The notes beneath the pieces were generated by a model. The model worked only from the letters and a program-made list of their open reading frames with translations, did no database searches and was not told the origin of the DNA. A DNA stretch of 64,000 bases from Ideonella sp. (GTDB lineage Bacteria; Pseudomonadota; Gammaproteobacteria; Burkholderiales; Burkholderiaceae_C). Location of the stretch: the NCBI RefSeq assembly GCF_044358605.1, contig NZ_JBIKNQ010000013.1, positions 3,032 to 67,031 of the forward strand. Direction: 5' to 3'. Below, piece by piece: positions 1 through 7,457 of the stretch (within the stretch, counting starts at the first letter, position 1; every line of letters begins with the position of its first letter). Position numbers and translations under genes: made by a program.

Positions 1-905
1 TTCCACTTCCTACGGCCTAACGCCAGCACGTGGGCTCCGTGAGGGCTATTCAATTGCAGGGCGATGGGGGGCACGAAGGGCCCGGCCTCGCCAGTACCAG
101 CAACGCTGCGTCCGCTTGAAAAGGTCTTCTTGAGGTGCTGGCCGACATCGCCTTCGGCATCGGGGAAATAGCCTGTAGCGGCATAGCCATGATCGGACGT
201 GATGACCAGACGACGGCCCGTCGCAAGGCGCTCGACGAATGACCAGAAGTCATCGCTGGTGAGCTGATCGGCAGCGTCCTTGGTCAGCGTGTCCAGACCT
301 TGACCAGCGACGGCTGCATCGTGAATCTTGCTGTCTGGCCAGTGGTGCCAGAACACCCAATTGGGCGCACCATTGACCAAGCCTTGGCAGTCCTTCCAAG
401 GCATGTCGAGGCTTTCGGTTTGCGTGGGCTGCAAGCGATGCGCCAAGCCACCACCATTGTTCTGAAGCTGGCTGCGGCTGCCGAAGCCAAGAGCGCGAGC
501 AAACTCGTTCGTCTCGCCGGGGAGTTCTGAGGCGTTCGCCGAAACCTCGTGCAGCTTGAAGCCTCTTTCTTTGACACCTTGCAGCAGCCAAGGCAGCTCG
601 CGCAGTGAAAGGCCATCAAGGATCAGCACGGCCTTGGCACTGAAGGGCTCAGCCCACCAGCGCGCAAGCCGGTCAGATGTGCGCTCGACGGAGTCGCCGA
701 AGCTATTCCACAAGTCCCAGCCGCTGGCGGACAGGAAGTTGTCCAGCGCACCAATCTCGCGGTCCCGCTTGATGACTTCGCTCGGGGCGTTGCCAATGGC
801 CAAGGGCTTGGAGGAAATCTCCATCGCGGTCTTGACGATGACGCGCCAGGCTTCGGTGGCAGAGCCCTTGGTCAGTTCTTTCAGTACATCAGGATGGAGG
901 GCCAT
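1..905 (-). CDS. pglZ: PglZ-domain (alkaline-phosphatase superfamily) protein, 5' part only; the gene continues beyond the window start
   Basis: Own translation of the minus frame from ATG 905-903. It is absent from the ORF track because it has no stop in the window. Sequence: MALHPDVLKEL...AKAVLILDGLSLRELPWLL...RLVITSDHGYAATGYF, open for all 301 codons. The start overlaps the stop of the upstream ATPase gene (TGATG). Confidence 0.7.
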   Translation of the reverse strand, partial: MALHPDVLKELTKGSATEAWRVIVKTAMEISSKPLAIGNAPSEVIKRDREIGALDNFLSASGWDLWNSFGDSVERTSDRLARWWAEPFSAKAVLILDGLSLRELPWLLQGVKERGFKLHEVSANASELPGETNEFARALGFGSRSQLQNNGGGLAHRLQPTQTESLDMPWKDCQGLVNGAPNWVFWHHWPDSKIHDAAVAGQGLDTLTKDAADQLTSDDFWSFVERLATGRRLVITSDHGYAATGYFPDAEGDVGQHLKKTFSSGRSVAGTGEAGPFVPPIALQLNSPHGAHVLALGRRKW

Positions 906-3658
906 CACTTATCCTCCTTCTCAAGGTTCAGCTCGAACGTCATGCCATCGGGCAGCTTCTTCAGCAGTTCCTTGAGCTGCGCACCAGTGGCCGCAGTCAC
1001 CTTGATGGACACCTCTGCAACCTGTGTGGCGGGGCCAATACCCCAGCCTTCGAGCTTGCCGATAAGGTTCAGGGGCGAAGTCGGCGGGTTGTGCAGCGGG
1101 ATGCGTGGCTTGCTGCTAGCTGCTGTGCCGCCAAAGATGCCGCCACCGAATCCAGTCGGCGTACCGAGCTGTCCGCCTGGTGTGGGTTCGTTGACGCCCG
1201 AAGGGGGTGTGGGGGTCGTACCGCCACCGAAGAGGCCGCCGCCGGTGTTTGGAGTGCCTGGCGTGCCAGTGGGGGTCGTTGCTGTGGTGCCGCCAGTCGC
1301 GGGTACGGCAGAAGGTTCAAGCAGGAACACTTCATCGAGCTGGCGACCGGTGTAGTAGAGCTTGGGGCGCAGGCGGCGCCACGCGGTGTCCTCGTCTTCG
1401 CCGGGATTGGTCTGCAACCATTCCATTTGCCGCAGGTTGATAACGATCTTCCCGCGAGCGCACAGGCGAAGAATGCGCTCCTTCATCGAGGTTTCACCAA
1501 GCCAAGGGATGCAGTCCTGGCCCGCAGGTCGCGGCTCCTGCAACTCACGCAGCAGCTTGCCCACCGCTGCGTTCTCGGAGGCGGCTTCGAGCACAAGGTC
1601 TTCAAAGTCCTCCGGCACGAACAGGTCGTTAATCAGCGCCTCTTCAATGCCTTCGGGAATCTGCGCGCCTTGCTTCTTCAGGCTCTCCACGCTGAAGCGG
1701 CATTGCGCAGGGTCGGCAAAATTCCATCGCTGAAGGACAGCAAACCGGTCGAACCGCTTCTTGAGGTTGTCGCGCAAGAGGCCTTGATACTCGGTGTGCA
1801 GCTTCTTGTATTCAGGACCTTGGCCGCTCCACTCCTGCGCCTTCATTTCGGCACGCGCGAAGATCAGCAGGTCCCTGTCTTGGAATGCGTTGGTCGAACC
1901 TGCGCGCGGCATCAGGAAGCGGACGGTGTTACGGCGCTTTTGCAGATGATCCTTGAGCCACCGGCCGAGGCGCGCGTCGAGGTTTTCAGGCTCTTCCGGC
2001 AACACCAGGATGGGCAAGCGGTCGTCCCAGCGTTCGGGCTGTTCGGACTCGTCCAAGGAGGACCAAGGGTCCGTCTGCCAGGACTTGGGCAATGCAATGA
2101 CACGGAATGTCTTCGCCACCTCGTCTGTGCCGCCGATGACATAGCGAATCTGCTTGGCCAGTTGTGCCTGGTCAGAGCCATCGGCGAACAGCTTGTCATT
2201 GCGAGCACAGGCCATCAGCTTGGCGCGCGGGTTCTCCTCCTCGCGGAACACCAGCCGGTTGCCGTCCTGGTGGATGTTGAAGCTGTTCTCAACAATCGTC
2301 GCCAGCTCCACATTGAAGGCGTTGTCATCAACGGCCTTGCTGCGCGTGATGTCAACCTGTAAGGTCTGCGGCTCTGCACCGGCCAGGTTGCCGACGGCGA
2401 TGGAGCGCAGCCACAAGGCCCCGACGATCTCCTGCAAGTGGGGTGCCAAAGTGGCGTGCTCGCTGACCGCCTCGGTCACCGAGATGATGTTCTGCTGTGC
2501 CTTGGCCCGCAGTGTGCGGTGATGTTCGTTGGACACCGAATCCAGCAGCGCACCAATGCCCGAGGCGTCGTCATCCAACCGGAAGTCTGCGGCCGTGAGC
2601 ACCGGCGCAGCCTCGCCCCGACTCTTGTAGAGGTTAGCTAGGATGCGAATCATGTCGCGCCTGTCCTGCGCCTCCGTCGCGATCAGCACCTGTTCTTCGA
2701 GCAGGCGAAGCAAGTGCGGTGCGTAGGGCCATGCTTCAATGAAATCCTTGCGCTTGCGTTCCCGCTCTGCGGACGGCACATCCAGCAGCCGGAAGTACTC
2801 AGCCACATGCTTTCCGGCCAAGGCTTCAATGCTGGCCGGTGCAATCTGAAGGCGGTTGTCGAACAGGCGGTGCAGCAGCATGCGGCGCCGATCTTGCTGA
2901 ATGCGTTCGGCGTTTCCGCCCGCTTTGAAGTCGATGGCCACCGGGTTGACGCGGTGCACCTGTTGGTAGGCGTCGCTGCCGCCATTGCGCACGGAGATCA
3001 CCAGCACCAGCAGGTCCAGGCGCTCCTTGGCAATCTCCGACAAAATCTGGATGAAGTTGAAGGCCCAGGTCTTCCACGGGTACTGCTTGGTGTTGGTCAG
3101 GCCGTCGAACCACGTCTGGAACTCGTCCAGCAGCAGCATCGTGGGCGTGTGCTCAAGCAGTTCAAGGATCAGCTTGTCAGATGGGATGTCGGTCTTGGCC
3201 GCGCCCATACCTTCCCACTTGCCCTTGATATAGGTGCCATGCGGGTGGCGCTCAAGCAGCAGGTCCCATAGGAACTTGTACCGCTGGCGATGCAGGCTCT
3301 CGCCGATCACGTGCATGCCACTGCGCAGACCGATCTTGCCGATTAGCGGGTCACCCAACGTGCTCGCCCACGACTGAAGCCATGCGCCGGTTGACGCAGG
3401 ATCGTTCACGGCGTGATAGAGCGCCGCCATCAAGTGCGACTTACCCAGCCCGCGCTCACCGATGACCACGACCGGTCGGCCCTGGTCTGGTCCCACTGCC
3501 TCAATACCCTTCAGTAGGTCATGCGTGGGGTAGGTGATTTCCAAGAATGACTGGGCGGCGATCTGCGTCGCACCGGTATTCGTGTCGTTCGACAGTTCAA
3601 TCGCGGTTCCCTTGAGGCGCTTGCCCCGGAATTCCTCGCGTAGCGTTAGACCTAGCAC
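905..3658 (-). CDS. brxC: BrxC/PglY-like DUF499 P-loop ATPase (917 aa)
   Basis: GTG start at 3658 with GAGGAG 8 nt upstream. N-terminal FLEITYPTHDLL, Walker A VVVIGERGLGKSHLMAALYH and Walker B MLLLDEFQTW fit the DUF499/BrxC pattern. It is shorter than typical BrxC, which I recall as about 1200 aa. Confidence 0.75.
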   Translation of the reverse strand: MLGLTLREEFRGKRLKGTAIELSNDTNTGATQIAAQSFLEITYPTHDLLKGIEAVGPDQGRPVVVIGERGLGKSHLMAALYHAVNDPASTGAWLQSWASTLGDPLIGKIGLRSGMHVIGESLHRQRYKFLWDLLLERHPHGTYIKGKWEGMGAAKTDIPSDKLILELLEHTPTMLLLDEFQTWFDGLTNTKQYPWKTWAFNFIQILSEIAKERLDLLVLVISVRNGGSDAYQQVHRVNPVAIDFKAGGNAERIQQDRRRMLLHRLFDNRLQIAPASIEALAGKHVAEYFRLLDVPSAERERKRKDFIEAWPYAPHLLRLLEEQVLIATEAQDRRDMIRILANLYKSRGEAAPVLTAADFRLDDDASGIGALLDSVSNEHHRTLRAKAQQNIISVTEAVSEHATLAPHLQEIVGALWLRSIAVGNLAGAEPQTLQVDITRSKAVDDNAFNVELATIVENSFNIHQDGNRLVFREEENPRAKLMACARNDKLFADGSDQAQLAKQIRYVIGGTDEVAKTFRVIALPKSWQTDPWSSLDESEQPERWDDRLPILVLPEEPENLDARLGRWLKDHLQKRRNTVRFLMPRAGSTNAFQDRDLLIFARAEMKAQEWSGQGPEYKKLHTEYQGLLRDNLKKRFDRFAVLQRWNFADPAQCRFSVESLKKQGAQIPEGIEEALINDLFVPEDFEDLVLEAASENAAVGKLLRELQEPRPAGQDCIPWLGETSMKERILRLCARGKIVINLRQMEWLQTNPGEDEDTAWRRLRPKLYYTGRQLDEVFLLEPSAVPATGGTTATTPTGTPGTPNTGGGLFGGGTTPTPPSGVNEPTPGGQLGTPTGFGGGIFGGTAASSKPRIPLHNPPTSPLNLIGKLEGWGIGPATQVAEVSIKVTAATGAQLKELLKKLPDGMTFELNLEKEDK

Positions 3659-3814
3659 TTCGTCGACTCCTCAATTTGCGTGGCGCCACCTCAAAGAGCA
3701 GGAGGTGACGCCTTTCACTTGTATTCTTAGTCAAAGAAGCGACGATTTTTGTACGTCTGTGGTCTTTCTTGTACCTCATGACTGGACGCTTCCTGCGGCA
3801 TCTCTACGATGAAG

Positions 3815-4645
3815 CTACTCGAAATCTACGATGTCACTGCTTGGACTCGATCCGTCATCATCGGGGGGCATGTTTTGAGGTGTCGGCGGTGCGACTTTTG
3901 CGGCATCCACCTTTTGTTGAGTGGCTTCTTTCAAGAGCTTTGTTCGTTCCCGACAGTCGGCGGACGCATCTCTTGACTCCATCCGTTCGGCAATCTGCTT
4001 CTTCAGTTGTTGCAGCCGCTCCAATGCAGCCATGGGTCGGGTTGCATGAGCTTGGTTGGCGGGGCCTTCCAGTCTGGGCAGGTAAGAGCCGTCGGCAATC
4101 ATCTTCTGCTGATCTAGCTTCCCGGACTGAATTCCAGCCTCGATGGCTCGGATGCGCTGCTCAGGGTCCGTGCCCAACGATGGCATCCATTTGACAGGGA
4201 CTGACGCAGCGCGGGCAGCCGCAACTAAGGCTGCGTAGTATTCCTTAAACGCCATGCGGGCACCGACACGATCACCTGAATCCAAAATCGGACAGATCTC
4301 AGCCGATGCCGACGCTATCTCTTCCGTCCAAATGACGGTTTTGCGCTCATCCTGTGAATCGCACACTGTCGCCCATGCGGTGTCTGCACCTGGCCTTCCA
4401 TCCAGATTCCGTTTCTTTTCAACCTGGAAAGAGATGTCAGCAACCTTCGGCGGGAATCGGCCTCGGTCTGGGTCATTGATGTGGTCGGTGAGTGCCTCAG
4501 CAACTTCCTCAAGAGCCAGTTTCGAGGCACAAACTTTGAAGTACATCGACAGTTGAGCGCCTGTGAGCTGGTCCGCCTTCCCATATGTGGCGTACGTCTG
4601 TTGAAACATCTGGATGAACTTGTCCACATCTTCTTTACGCATCAT
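3815..4645 (-). CDS. hypothetical phage/satellite-type protein, possibly a replication accessory (helicase-loader-like); function uncertain
   Basis: ATG 4645 is preceded by GGAGG and overlaps the stop of the upstream gene (ATGATGCGTAA). No catalytic motif was recognised. The segment LALEEVAEALTDHINDPDRGRFPPKVADI weakly recalls phage helicase-loader N-domains. Confidence 0.55.
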   Translation of the reverse strand: MMRKEDVDKFIQMFQQTYATYGKADQLTGAQLSMYFKVCASKLALEEVAEALTDHINDPDRGRFPPKVADISFQVEKKRNLDGRPGADTAWATVCDSQDERKTVIWTEEIASASAEICPILDSGDRVGARMAFKEYYAALVAAARAASVPVKWMPSLGTDPEQRIRAIEAGIQSGKLDQQKMIADGSYLPRLEGPANQAHATRPMAALERLQQLKKQIAERMESRDASADCRERTKLLKEATQQKVDAAKVAPPTPQNMPPDDDGSSPSSDIVDFE

Positions 4646-5558
4646 GAACCTCCATGTCGGCACTCAGGCCCAACTGGCGCCGAACCTCGGCGGCCATGTC
4701 AATGACTTCACCAGCGCCACTCGTGTTCCGAAAGGGACGCTTTTCATTTCGTACCCAGTTCCGCCAAGTGGCTTGCCAGTCCAACTTGTTGGCGTCCGCG
4801 CCTGCTTTGGCGTGCCAGTAGTCGGCGAATGAAGCTGCCACTTGCTGGCAATGGGTGTGCGTCCAGCCGGGCTTCTCTAGGAGTGCCCAGTTCTGCCAGT
4901 CAGTCGGTAGCTGCCAATCTGTTGGGAGCCGGGTAGCGCGCTTGCCGGTTGCTATGGCATGGAGGATTGCAGTCGACGATTGCGACGGCCGAGATCGCGG
5001 CGCTGACTGCTCTTGGCCATGTTTTGGTTCATGTTTCTGATCCTGGTCCTGTTCTTGGCTTGGCTGGACCTCTTGAGGGGCATTCGAGGGGCTCGCAGGG
5101 GGCATATGAGCAGCTCTGCTATCCGAGGGCTGCCCCTTTGGAGAGGGAACGTAGGAGCTAGGCAGCCCCTCCTGCGACCTAATGCTGATCACCGCTTCCC
5201 GGCAGATGCCCGGCGGCACCTTCTCCACCTCGCGCTCAATCGCCCTGACTCGATGATCAGTTGGCTGGAGCTTTTGTGAGCAAAGCTCTCTCAGGATGCC
5301 GGGAACGAAGATGAGCGTGCCTTGACGGTAAAGCCATCGCTTTCCCTCCAGAATTCGAAGCGCCTCCTCCACCTTTTGAGTGGGCAGTCCTGTATCCGCA
5401 GCCATGTAAGCAACCGGGCAATGCGCTATGCCAATGAGCGAAGCATGTGGGCAGACCTTCAGGTAGAGGGCCACCAGCACGACATGAATGCCGTGATCAC
5501 TCAGCTCATTGACCTGCTCGGTCCAGAAGGTCGACTCAACGACGCCAAAGTTGCGCAT
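4635..5558 (-). CDS. replication-initiator-like protein with a C-terminal DnaT-type DNA-binding motif
   Basis: ATG 5558 has an AAGGAGG SD. The C-terminus RLPTDWQLPTDWQNWA...FADYWHAKAG...KLDWQATWRNWVRN matches the motif common in phage/satellite replication proteins. There is a long Ser/Pro/Gln-rich linker in the middle. Confidence 0.6.
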   Translation of the reverse strand: MRNFGVVESTFWTEQVNELSDHGIHVVLVALYLKVCPHASLIGIAHCPVAYMAADTGLPTQKVEEALRILEGKRWLYRQGTLIFVPGILRELCSQKLQPTDHRVRAIEREVEKVPPGICREAVISIRSQEGLPSSYVPSPKGQPSDSRAAHMPPASPSNAPQEVQPSQEQDQDQKHEPKHGQEQSAPRSRPSQSSTAILHAIATGKRATRLPTDWQLPTDWQNWALLEKPGWTHTHCQQVAASFADYWHAKAGADANKLDWQATWRNWVRNEKRPFRNTSGAGEVIDMAAEVRRQLGLSADMEVHDA

Positions 5559-5710
5559 TGAGGCCTCCTTGTGGGAATGACGACCAGAAGCAGCCGTGCC
5601 CAGAACGGCAGCAAACTAGATGGCAGGACTTAGCCTTAGGTCCGCGAGATTCACGGCGAGCGCCTTGAGCTTGGCCGCGCGCAACGAAAGGTTGTGCTGA
5701 CTGCGGCATG

Positions 5711-5983
5711 TCATTCAGCGCCAGCATGTTCAGCAGCCATTTGGGCGAGTGCACCGCGCTTTGCCGCCATGCGGCGCACCAGGTCCGCGATCTGCTCATC
5801 ACTCCAGCCAGCAACCCGGGCCCTGGCCACGGCAAGCAGTTCGTCAGAGGGATAACCGATGCTTCGTGCACTGATCTGCACCGGCAACGGGACGAGTTGC
5901 TTTTTGCGCCACTCAAAGAAGCGGCCATGGCTCACGGCCAGTACCTTACGGGCGGCGGGTGCCTTCAAGATTTCAAACGACAT
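5711..5983 (-). CDS. AlpA/excisionase-family small HTH DNA-binding protein
   Basis: 90-aa ORF with ATG 5983 and a GGAGCA SD. It is a small basic HTH-like protein at the tRNA-proximal end of the island. Confidence 0.5.
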   Translation of the reverse strand: MSFEILKAPAARKVLAVSHGRFFEWRKKQLVPLPVQISARSIGYPSDELLAVARARVAGWSDEQIADLVRRMAAKRGALAQMAAEHAGAE

Positions 5984-6311
5984 GTCAGGGTGCTCCAGTG
6001 ATGGCCATTTGGCCGACGCTGATCACGATCCCATGGTGGTTTCCGGTTTTCCACCAGAACTCCTGGAGGCCCCCCCCGCGCGATGCTTCCTCAGGCCGCG
6101 CGCTCTGTGTTGTTGAGTGTTGTAGGGTGAGGGTTCAGGCACCGACAGCCCCCTTCCAGCCCCAGCAACAAAACTTTGCACAACGCTCGCCAGGAGGGGT
6201 CGCAGGGGGAAATCGGTGGTGCTTGAATCGCCGCAGGGCAAGCTAGGCGGCCAGCGCCAGCGCATTGCGGAAGTCTGGTGCGATCAAGGGGCAACTGGGC
6301 AGCGCTCGACG

Positions 6312-6345
6312 AATTGCCACGAAATTGCCAGCTGAGGTGGCAATT
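6312..6345. promoter_or_regulatory. three copies of the octamer AATTGCCA (two direct, one inverted) near the island/tRNA junction; candidate recombinase or Xis arm-type sites
   Basis: AATTGCCA at 6312-6319 and 6323-6330, with inverted TGGCAATT at 6338-6345. Confidence 0.3.
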
Positions 6346-6372
6346 TGGGAATTTCGGAGCCCAGAAAGACTT

Positions 6373-6404
6373 AAGGGTTAGCACGCGCTAACGTGCTAAC
6401 CCTT
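6373..6404 (-). terminator. perfect 13-bp stem / 6-nt loop hairpin 10 nt downstream of tRNA-Pro
   Basis: AAGGGTTAGCACG-cgctaa-CGTGCTAACCCTT. On the minus strand it is followed by AAGTCTTTCTGG, which is only moderately U-rich. Confidence 0.45.
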
Positions 6405-6413
6405 GTCTTTCAT

Positions 6414-6490
6414 TGGTCGGGGTGGCGGGATTCGAACTCGCGACCCCTTGCACCCCATGCAAGTGCGCTACCAGGCTGCGCTACACCCCG
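6414..6490 (-). tRNA. tRNA-Pro (anticodon GGG)
   Basis: 77-nt cloverleaf folded by hand. Acceptor stem CGGGGTG/CACCCCG plus ACCA. Anticodon loop AT-GGG-GT, with the anticodon at 6456-6454. T-loop TTCGAAT. There is one A:C mismatch in the T stem (6438/6428). Confidence 0.93.
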
Positions 6491-6523
6491 ACGGAAGCAA
6501 GCATTATATGCTGAGAATTGGGC

Positions 6524-6985
6524 TTATGCAGAAAGCAGCTCTCGAATTGCCATCAATTCGTGTCTGACCTGTTCAGCCGAGGGGCGCGACCCCAGCGAAG
6601 GTAGCGACTCGGACACGAAATGCGGTGCCGAAGTCTGAGTGGACTCACCCACCGCAGCAGCATGGTCGCGCGCCAAGCTTTCAGCATGCGCTTGCGCCTC
6701 GGCTTCGCTCAAGCCGAGTTCGGTCAGGCGATTGCGGGCACCGCTGATGGTGAAGCCTTGCTCATAGAGCAGGTCTCGGATACGGCGGATCAGCAGCACT
6801 TCATGGTGCTGGTAGTAGCGGCGGTTGCCGCGCCGCTTCATGGGACGGAGTTGGGTGAACTCCTGCTCCCAGTAACGCAGCACGTAGGACTTCACGCCAC
6901 ACAACTCGGCGACTTCTCCGATGGTGAAGTAGCGCTTGGCCGGAATGGCGGGCAGAGGTGCGAGGGGATCAGTGGCAATGTCCAT
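6524..6985 (-). CDS. MerR-family transcriptional regulator
   Basis: N-terminal [27 protein letters not shown]. It sits in the conserved position downstream of ihfA. Confidence 0.85.
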   Translation of the reverse strand: MDIATDPLAPLPAIPAKRYFTIGEVAELCGVKSYVLRYWEQEFTQLRPMKRRGNRRYYQHHEVLLIRRIRDLLYEQGFTISGARNRLTELGLSEAEAQAHAESLARDHAAAVGESTQTSAPHFVSESLPSLGSRPSAEQVRHELMAIRELLSA

Positions 6986-7026
6986 GGCGCGGAACTCAGC
7001 AGTCAGCAGCGTCGAGCCGACAGACT

Positions 7027-7419
7027 TTACTCGAAGTCATCCGCCGGTGGCACATCACCCTGAACCAAGGCCTTGAGCTTATGGCTGGCGTGAAAGGTCA
7101 CTACATTGCGGGCCGCAATGGGGATGGACTCCCCGGTGCGGGGGTTGCGCCCGGGGCGCGGTGCCTTGCGCCGAATCTGAAAATTGCCAAAGCCAGAGAG
7201 CTTGACGTCATCGCCCTGAACCAAGGAGGTACAGGCAATGTCGAAGAAGGCTTCGACCATGTCCTTGGACTCACGCTTGTTCAGGCCCAGGCGCTCGAAC
7301 AGCAACTCGGCCAACTCCGCCTTGGTCAAGGTGGGAGTCTCGACAGAGGTGAGCATCAGGCGCTCGACCGGCGCCGTCACAGGTACCGGTGTGTCTTCTG
7401 CATCAATGGGAAGGGCCAT
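7027..7419 (-). CDS. ihfA: integration host factor subunit alpha
   Basis: [28 protein letters not shown]...[26 protein letters not shown]. The ORF-track start at 7482 overlaps pheT. The Met at 7419 was chosen; the Met at 7356 is an equally plausible start. Confidence 0.9.
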   Translation of the reverse strand: MALPIDAEDTPVPVTAPVERLMLTSVETPTLTKAELAELLFERLGLNKRESKDMVEAFFDIACTSLVQGDDVKLSGFGNFQIRRKAPRPGRNPRTGESIPIAARNVVTFHASHKLKALVQGDVPPADDFE

Positions 7420-7457
7420 GATCAACAATCCCAACAGTGGATTTGGACTCGACTCAA

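Larger units (their letters stand above)
1..6413. mobile_element. genomic island / phage-satellite-like integrative element inserted at the 3' end of tRNA-Pro (partial; the far end lies outside the window)
   Basis: It abuts the tRNA 3' end at 6414. It carries AlpA-like, replication-type and defence-type genes. The 3.66-6.4 kb part is visibly more AT-rich than the core. No integrase is present in the window. Confidence 0.6.

Noticed and set aside
3682-3712. Hairpin GGCGCCACCTC...GAGGTGACGCC between the replication-accessory gene and the BrxC-like gene, considered as a terminator separating them.
   Set aside because: On the transcribed (minus) strand it is not followed by a U-tract. The T-run lies on the plus strand, where there is no gene. 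It may be a regulatory or processing structure, but I cannot call it a terminator.
5536-5928. 130-aa minus-strand ORF overlapping the AlpA-like gene, and the 5708-6001 plus-strand ORF.
   Set aside because: They overlap the better-supported 5711-5983 ORF, which has an SD and an HTH-like sequence. Their translations are Arg/Ser/Cys-rich with no motifs.
5984-6372. Search for an integrase or its remnant between the AlpA-like gene and tRNA-Pro.
   Set aside because: Only short, compositionally odd ORFs are present (6023-6265, 6091-6384). There are no tyrosine-recombinase motifs (R..HxxR..Y). The region looks non-coding, with att and arm sites.
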